Assembly: GCA_034004015.1 (NCBI GenBank)
Contig: JAVEXN010000010.1
Coordinates: forward strand, 18,041-82,040
Direction: 5' to 3'
Origin: Paludibacter sp.
GTDB lineage: Bacteria; Bacteroidota; Bacteroidia; Bacteroidales; Paludibacteraceae
Length of the DNA: 64,000 bases
The notes below the pieces were generated by a model. That model was not told the DNA's origin. It saw nothing but the letters and a program-made list of their open reading frames with translations, and searched no databases. Shown here in pieces: positions 58,320 through 64,000 of the stretch. The first letter of the stretch is position 1; every line of letters begins with the position of its first letter. The translations under genes and the position numbers were made by a program.

Positions 58320-60434
58320 ATGGCAATTTTAGGAAAAATCAGAAGCAAAGGTGTCCTGCTCTTAGTGGTGGTGGGATTTGCATTATTCGCCTTTATTATT
58401 GGCGACTTCTTAACTCAGGGCTCTACTTATTTCAATAAATCGCGCGAAACGGTGGCCGAAATTGTAGGTGAAGATGTAAACATAAACGATTATCAGGCCG
58501 CTATCGACCAGATGGTTGAAGTTTATAAAATCGAAACCGGACAAACCGATTTAAGCGAAGATGTGATGGCGCAATTGCGTGCCTCGGTTTGGGAAAATTT
58601 AGTGACTGAGAAACTTTTGTTTGCTGAAGCCGAAAAACTTGGTTTGGCAGTGAGCAAAGAAGAATTGTCAGAGTATGTGATTGGTAACAAAACGCACCCG
58701 CTTATTATGCAGCGTCGTACATTTGCGGGCGAAAACGGTCAGTTCAGTCGTCCTATGCTGGTGCAATTCCTGAATAGCCTCGATGTAACTCCCGAAAACG
58801 AAGAAATGCGTCAGCAGATTGCTCAGGCCAAAAGTTATTGGTTGTTCTGGGAGCGCAATGTAAAAATGGCCGTTTTACAGGATAAATACAATGCGCTGAT
58901 CGGAAAAGCAGTAACTGCCAACAGCCTCGAAGCCAAAACAAGCTACGAAGCAGCGAAAGTGACTACTGATGTAAATTATGTGGTTCAGCCATATTTTGCT
59001 ATTTCGGATTCTACTGTTTCTGTTTCGAAAAATGAAATCAAAGATCGTTACAATAAGAATAAGGAATTGTACAAACAGGAAGCTAACCGTACTTTAAGTT
59101 ATGTGGCTTTCGAAATTCGTCCACTCAAGGAAGACTCAGTTGAAGCTCAGGAATGGATGAACAAAATCAGCGAAGAGTTTAAAACTACCGAAGATGTGGT
59201 TGGTTTGGTGAACTCAAACTCGGATGTAATGTACGATGGTCGCAACTATTCATACAACAGCCTTCCGCTTAATCTTCGCGATTTTGCATTTACAGGTAAA
59301 ACAGGTGATGTGTTCGGACCATTGTTCGAAAACAATACACATACTATGGCTCGTATCATGGAATCAGGAATTTTGAAATCTGACTCTGTAAAACTGCGTC
59401 ATATTTATCTTACAACTGCCGACGAAGCTAAAGCCGACAGTATTATAGGTGCAATCAATGGTGGTGCTGTGTTTGCCGATCTTGCTAAAAAATACTCATC
59501 TGTACCACAGACCGCTGCCAATGGCGGCGAAATTGGCTGGATTATGGAAGGCATGCAGGGAATGGACAAGGAAATTACCGACAAAGCTTTTGCAGCTGTT
59601 CCTAATCAGGTATTTACCGTTAAAAATGCACAGGGTGTTCAAATTATGCAGGTAATGGAAAAAACACCCGCACGTGCTAAAGTAAAACTGGCTATTCTCG
59701 AACGTAAAGTGATTCCAAGCAGCCGTTCGTATGGTCGTATCTACAACGAAGCAAAACAATTTGCAGCCGAACTGAAAAGTACCGAGTTTGCTTCAAAAGC
59801 TCAGGAAAAAGGAGTGTCTGTACGTACAGCTTCTGAATTATTCGAATCAACTGAACGTATTGCCGATATTCCTCAGTCACGTCAGGTGATTCGCTGGGCT
59901 TTCGAAAGCGACAAAGGTGATGTGTCGGATGTATTCGATTGCAACAATCAGTTTGTGGTTGCCACTACTACCGAAGTAAATGCCAAAGGATACCGTTCAC
60001 TCGAAAAAGTTTCTGATCAGATCAAAGCTGAACTCATTCGTGAGAAAAAAGCTGATGTCATGATTAAAAATCTGACTGAACAGCTAAAGAAAACACCTTC
60101 ACTCGAAGCGCTTGCTCAGGCATTATCAACCGACGTGAAAGTAGCTAACGCCGTGAATTTTGCAAACAATCAGTTTGGTGTGGCTGGCTTCGAACCTGCA
60201 CTTATTGGAAAAGTATCTGTTTTACCTGCCAACAAATTGTCGGCTCCGTTAAAAGGAAATGCAGGGGTTTATGTACTTCTTCCTGTAAATCCACAGGTGA
60301 ATCAGAATCCTTTCAATGCAAAAGCACAGGTAATGCAACTGAATATGAATTTTGCATATTCGCTGCCTTACATGATTCTTCAGGATATTCGCGACAATGC
60401 TGAAATTGAAGATAATCGTCTGAATTTCTTCTAA
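58320..60434 (+). CDS. PpiD/SurA-like periplasmic chaperone with a parvulin PPIase domain
   Basis: N-terminal membrane anchor, a SurA-like N domain and a parvulin segment (…ANGGEIGWIMEG…), 704 aa. Confidence 0.82.
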   Translation: MAILGKIRSKGVLLLVVVGFALFAFIIGDFLTQGSTYFNKSRETVAEIVGEDVNINDYQAAIDQMVEVYKIETGQTDLSEDVMAQLRASVWENLVTEKLLFAEAEKLGLAVSKEELSEYVIGNKTHPLIMQRRTFAGENGQFSRPMLVQFLNSLDVTPENEEMRQQIAQAKSYWLFWERNVKMAVLQDKYNALIGKAVTANSLEAKTSYEAAKVTTDVNYVVQPYFAISDSTVSVSKNEIKDRYNKNKELYKQEANRTLSYVAFEIRPLKEDSVEAQEWMNKISEEFKTTEDVVGLVNSNSDVMYDGRNYSYNSLPLNLRDFAFTGKTGDVFGPLFENNTHTMARIMESGILKSDSVKLRHIYLTTADEAKADSIIGAINGGAVFADLAKKYSSVPQTAANGGEIGWIMEGMQGMDKEITDKAFAAVPNQVFTVKNAQGVQIMQVMEKTPARAKVKLAILERKVIPSSRSYGRIYNEAKQFAAELKSTEFASKAQEKGVSVRTASELFESTERIADIPQSRQVIRWAFESDKGDVSDVFDCNNQFVVATTTEVNAKGYRSLEKVSDQIKAELIREKKADVMIKNLTEQLKKTPSLEALAQALSTDVKVANAVNFANNQFGVAGFEPALIGKVSVLPANKLSAPLKGNAGVYVLLPVNPQVNQNPFNAKAQVMQLNMNFAYSLPYMILQDIRDNAEIEDNRLNFF

Positions 60435-60460
60435 GATTATTACTTACATAAATAATATTT

Positions 60461-60497
60461 CGAAACGGGATGAACATTTTCATTCCGTTTCGTTTTT
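60461..60497 (+). terminator. rho-independent terminator after the ppiD-like gene
   Basis: cgaaacgggatg…cattccgtttcg forms a 12-bp stem with one G-U pair. TTTTT follows. Confidence 0.8.
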
Positions 60498-60511
60498 ATA
60501 GATAGTTTACT

Positions 60512-60519
60512 TACCTTTG
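60512..60519 (+). promoter_or_regulatory. -7 box TAccTTTG
   Basis: Exact motif 15 nt after the terminator and 310 nt upstream of the rlmN ATG. Confidence 0.4.
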
Positions 60520-60559
60520 TCCCGCAATTAAGTGCATTGAAATACTTAATGATATATTT

Positions 60560-60732
60560 CTAACACAATAGAGCACATAGAAATTATTGAGGAAAAAGAC
60601 TTAGTTCACATAGTAAAAGTATCTGACGATACTTTTATGGCTCTGAAATTATCCCGTTTTTCGGGATAATCCTATGTGTTCCTGATCTTTTCTCTTACTC
60701 TTAAAACTACTGTGGACTATGTGGTGAAAAAC
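60560..60732 (+). repeat. imperfect-palindrome intergenic element, copy 2 (with extra hairpin insert)
   Basis: It matches the reverse complement of 47566-47703. It contains perfect hairpins at 60614-60637 (taaaagtatc-tgac-gatactttta) and 60648-60670 (attatcccg-ttttt-cgggataat). Confidence 0.8.
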
Positions 60733-60828
60733 ATATCAATAATAATTATTGGTTACTTATATAATCCGGAAAAAGTATGTGAATACCTGTTTTCTGAGAT
60801 CATTACATTCATAATTGTCTTTTTTAAA

Positions 60829-61866
60829 ATGAATAAAACTCCCTTATTAGGCAAAAATATTGATGAGCTTCGCAATCTGGTGACAGAGTTGGGAATGCCT
60901 GCATTTACTGCCAAACAAATTGCCGACTGGCTTTATCAGAAGCGTGCCGGTAGTATCGACGAAATGTCGAATATCTCGGTGAAAAACCGTGAACTGCTGA
61001 AAGAAACTTATACTGTAGGGCGCGAACTGCCTTCTACTGTTACCGAGTCGGTCGATGGTACTAAAAAGTACCTTTTCCGCACCGAAACCAACAACTTTAT
61101 CGAAACGGTGTATATTCCCGAGGACGATCGTCACACGCTTTGCGTATCGTCGCAGGTGGGCTGCAAAATGAACTGCTTGTTTTGCATGACCGGCAAACAG
61201 GGCTTTACGGCCAACCTTACTGCTACCGAAATTCTGAATCAGATAATGTCGGTGGCCGAGGCTGATAAACTCACAAATCTCGTGTTTATGGGCATGGGCG
61301 AGCCTATGGACAATCTTAGCAATTTGCTTCGAGCGCTCGAAATTCTTACAGCCGAATACGGTTATGGATGGAGTCCCAAACGCGTCACTGTTTCAACCAT
61401 TGGAGTAATTCCGAAGATGAAAATTTTCCTCGAGCACTCAAATTGTCATTTGGCGCTGAGCATGCACTCTCCTTTTCCTGAGGAGCGTTTGAAATTAATG
61501 CCTGTGGAGAAGCCATATCCTATTTACGAAGTGCTGAAAGAGCTTAAAAAACATGATTTTAGTCATCAGCGTCGCGTGTCGTTCGAATACATTATGTTCG
61601 ACGGACTGAACGACACCATGCGTCATGCGGTGGAAATGGTAAAATTACTGAAGGATATGGATTGTCGTGTAAATCTGATTCGTTTTCATGCCATTCCCGG
61701 TATCGATCTGAAAACTTCGAACGAAGATAAAATGGTTTTCTTCCGCGATTATCTCACTTCTAATGGTATTATGACAACCATCCGTAAATCGCGTGGCGAG
61801 GATATTTTTGCTGCCTGCGGTATGCTTTCCACAATGGAGAAGCAGAAAGAAAAAACTGCGGAGTAA
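60829..61866 (+). CDS. rlmN: 23S rRNA (adenine2503-C2)-methyltransferase, radical SAM
   Basis: CKMNCLFCMTG radical-SAM cluster motif. The ATG at 60829 gives MNKTPLLGKNIDEL. The 51-codon ORF-track extension crosses the repeat and was rejected. Confidence 0.93.
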   Translation: MNKTPLLGKNIDELRNLVTELGMPAFTAKQIADWLYQKRAGSIDEMSNISVKNRELLKETYTVGRELPSTVTESVDGTKKYLFRTETNNFIETVYIPEDDRHTLCVSSQVGCKMNCLFCMTGKQGFTANLTATEILNQIMSVAEADKLTNLVFMGMGEPMDNLSNLLRALEILTAEYGYGWSPKRVTVSTIGVIPKMKIFLEHSNCHLALSMHSPFPEERLKLMPVEKPYPIYEVLKELKKHDFSHQRRVSFEYIMFDGLNDTMRHAVEMVKLLKDMDCRVNLIRFHAIPGIDLKTSNEDKMVFFRDYLTSNGIMTTIRKSRGEDIFAACGMLSTMEKQKEKTAE

Positions 61867-61917
61867 TATTCCATTCAATGGCTTATCATTTCGCAGCTAA
61901 AGGCTGAATGTACGAGC

Positions 61918-61950
61918 AGTCGGAGTGCGACTTGAAGTCGCGCCCCGACT
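61918..61950. terminator. GC-rich hairpin between convergent rlmN and aroA
   Basis: agtcggagtgcgac-ttgaa-gtcgcgccccgact forms a 14-position stem with 1 mismatch and 1 wobble pair. There is no U-tract on either strand. Confidence 0.35.
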
Positions 61951-61977
61951 ATCTACATAATTGCGGTGTATAACGAG

Positions 61978-63192
61978 CTAAATGTCTGTTAGTTTAGCAA
62001 AATCGTCCCAAAAAGTAGGATACGACTTGCTAACCACTTCGGGATGTTCGATGCTGAGTGCTGTTTTCAGTGCAGCCGGAGCAAATGCCATGGCCATACG
62101 ATGATCTTCGTAAGTAGCAATGCTGATTTGAGTTTCCGGGTCACACTTTTCGCCGGCCCAGGCCATTTCGCTTTCGGCAGGTTCGAACAATACAAATCCC
62201 AGCTTTTTAAGTTCAGTGATAAGCGCAGCCACACGGTCGGTTTCCTTTATTTTAAGGCTTTGTACGCCCTTAAAATGAAACGGAATGTGCAGCATGCAAC
62301 AAGTCACAGCAAATGTCTGAGCCAAATCAGGCTCGTTGACGAAATCATATTCAAATTTAGCGCAGTATTGTCCGGAGCTGCTAAGTCGTACGCCTTCGGC
62401 TTCGTAGTTTGTGTTTACGCCCAGTTGCTGAAAAAGATCTGCCACTTTGCTGTCGCCCTGCGTGCTGTTAGCTTTCAGTCCTTTCAGGAAAATTTCACCT
62501 TCACCTGTCAGCGAAAGCACTTCGTACCAATACGATGCACCCGACCAATCCGATTCTACTTTATATTTTACAGGTTTATAAATTTGCGGACGAATATCAA
62601 TAGTGTTGTTTTCAAAAGTAACTTCTACTCCGTATTCAGCCATCATTTGCATGGTCATACGAATATAAGGCACCGAAATCACATTGCCTACAAGTTTGAT
62701 TGTCAGTCCGTTGATCATGTATGGCGCTATCATCATCAAAGCCGAGATGTACTGACTGCTCACACCACCATTCAGCGATATGTCGCCACCCATAAGCGCA
62801 CAGCCGAGAATTCTCAATGGTGGAAAACCTTCTTTTTCAACATATTCAATGCGGGCACCTAAGGAATTAAGTGCGTCGACCAGAATTTTGATAGGTCGGT
62901 TTTTCATTCGCTCACTACCGGTAATAATCCATTCGCCCGCAGTTTTGGCCAAAAAGGCCGTCAGGAATCGCATTGAAGTGCCTGCCGCACCAATATCGAA
63001 AGTGCTGTTGTTCGAGTTGAGCGCTTTCAGAAGTACGTTTGTGTCGTCGCACTCTGCCAGATTCTCAATCTCGTACGGACTGTACGACATAGCGTTGAGT
63101 ATAAGTGCGCGATTGCTGATGCTTTTCGAAGCGGGCAGATTGATTTCTAAACTTATGGAGTTTAAAGGATTGTGGAGTTTCTTTGTGATCAT
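61978..63192 (-). CDS. aroA: 3-phosphoshikimate 1-carboxyvinyltransferase (EPSP synthase)
   Basis: LPASKSISNRALIL motif, 404 aa. Confidence 0.93.
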   Translation of the reverse strand: MITKKLHNPLNSISLEINLPASKSISNRALILNAMSYSPYEIENLAECDDTNVLLKALNSNNSTFDIGAAGTSMRFLTAFLAKTAGEWIITGSERMKNRPIKILVDALNSLGARIEYVEKEGFPPLRILGCALMGGDISLNGGVSSQYISALMMIAPYMINGLTIKLVGNVISVPYIRMTMQMMAEYGVEVTFENNTIDIRPQIYKPVKYKVESDWSGASYWYEVLSLTGEGEIFLKGLKANSTQGDSKVADLFQQLGVNTNYEAEGVRLSSSGQYCAKFEYDFVNEPDLAQTFAVTCCMLHIPFHFKGVQSLKIKETDRVAALITELKKLGFVLFEPAESEMAWAGEKCDPETQISIATYEDHRMAMAFAPAALKTALSIEHPEVVSKSYPTFWDDFAKLTDI

Positions 63193-64000
63193 TTAGTCAA
63201 TATCTTCTGTTTGTTTTGATTGAAATATGTCCAATTCTTTTTTTAATTCCTCTAGTATCTGCTTTTCAGTTGGTAAGTATAGTTGGTATTTTCCGGCAAG
63301 AATAGTTTTATTGTTTTCCGGCAAGGTAAAACGAACAATACTATCGTTTTTGTCGGCACATAATAATATCCCTATTGCAGGATTTTCAAAGTCGGCTTTT
63401 CAACTCGGTCAAAATAATTTACATACATTTGAAGTTGTCCTAAATCCTGATGAGTAAGTTTCCCGATTTTTAAATCGATTAAAACAAAACATTGTAAAAG
63501 CCTGTTATAGAAGACCAAATCTATAAAGAAATCATCTCCATCTATGTGTATTCTTTTTTGGCGTGCTATAAAAGCAAATCCATTGCCAAGCTCTAAAATA
63601 AATTCCTGAAGGTTATTTATAATGGCTTGTTCTAAATCCTTTTCATAATAGCTTGAGTCTGGCTTCAATCCTAAAAACTCTAAAATCATTGGATCTTTAA
63701 TGATTTCGAAGGGCTCTGAAGGCACTTTCTCTCGCTTTGCAATTGATAGTACCGCCTTTTTATCATTACTAAGTAGTAGTCTTTCATACAATCCACTGTT
63801 TATCTGACGCTCCAGTTGTCTTGATGTCCAGTTATTGTTTGATGATTCAGCAATGTAATATTCGCGCTTATGCTCGTCATCAATTGATATAAGAGACTTA
63901 TAATGCGACCAATTGAATTGCGTCCGCAGTGCGGACGCAATTGGAAACAATCTGTAAAACTGTCTGTATCTTTCTAATTGTCTTATTCCAAAACCGGTTC
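63193..64000 (-). pseudogene. YhcG/DUF1016 PDDEXK-nuclease family gene, frameshifted, 5' end outside window
   Basis: The frame is open to the window edge (…GFGIRQLERYRQFYRLFPIASALRTQFNWSHY…) and ends at TAG 63372-63374. The expected C-terminus (…ADFENPAIGILLCADKNDSIVRFTLPENNK…) continues in another frame to TAA 63193-63195, which directly abuts the aroA ATG. Confidence 0.75.

Noticed and set aside
63193-64000. The YhcG nuclease gene as part of a defence island or mobile element at the window edge.
   Set aside because: Only one disrupted gene is visible, it directly abuts aroA, and no integrase, methylase or partner genes lie inside the window. I cannot judge what lies beyond 64000.

Overview
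This is a Bacteroidota-type chromosomal segment made up almost entirely of housekeeping genes. The left end holds the 3' part of a SusC/SusD pair plus a lipoprotein. The centre (14995-30883, minus strand) is a complete, tightly packed dcw cell-division/cell-wall operon, mraZ-rsmH-ftsL-ftsI-murE-mraY-murD-ftsW-murG-murC-ftsQ-ftsA-ftsZ, followed by a GatB/YqeY gene. Other genes are rsmI, tdk, an AI-2E permease, a CNNM/CorC protein, two identical tandem tRNA-Lys(UUU), an EF-G paralogue, folK, an ABC-F ATPase, a serine-palmitoyltransferase-like oxoamine synthase, two TonB-dependent receptors, a GT4 glycosyltransferase, C69 and M60 peptidases, a methyltransferase, rimM, a sugar phosphotransferase, recJ, a PpiD-like chaperone, rlmN and aroA. 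I found no CRISPR array, integrase, transposase, prophage, toxin-antitoxin or defence cluster, and no novel multi-gene system that I can defend from the sequence. The unusual signals are mostly non-coding or at motif level. (1) Two dispersed intergenic repeat families each have two copies in the window: a 'doubled-word' element ending in an 8-mer tandem array, and a ~140-170 nt imperfect palindrome. (2) A nested 233-nt inverted repeat with GC hairpins sits in a 588-nt gene-free spacer that also holds a small-RNA candidate. (3) GTGGGGAA direct repeats at 10-bp phase lie upstream of mraZ. (4) Two -1 frameshifts at short A-runs disrupt a small outer-membrane barrel gene and a YhcG/DUF1016 nuclease gene. 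(5) An EF-G paralogue and an ABC-F protein both have visibly degenerate NTPase motifs. Several ORF-track starts are TTG/GTG extensions, and I trimmed these to the first plausible ATG.
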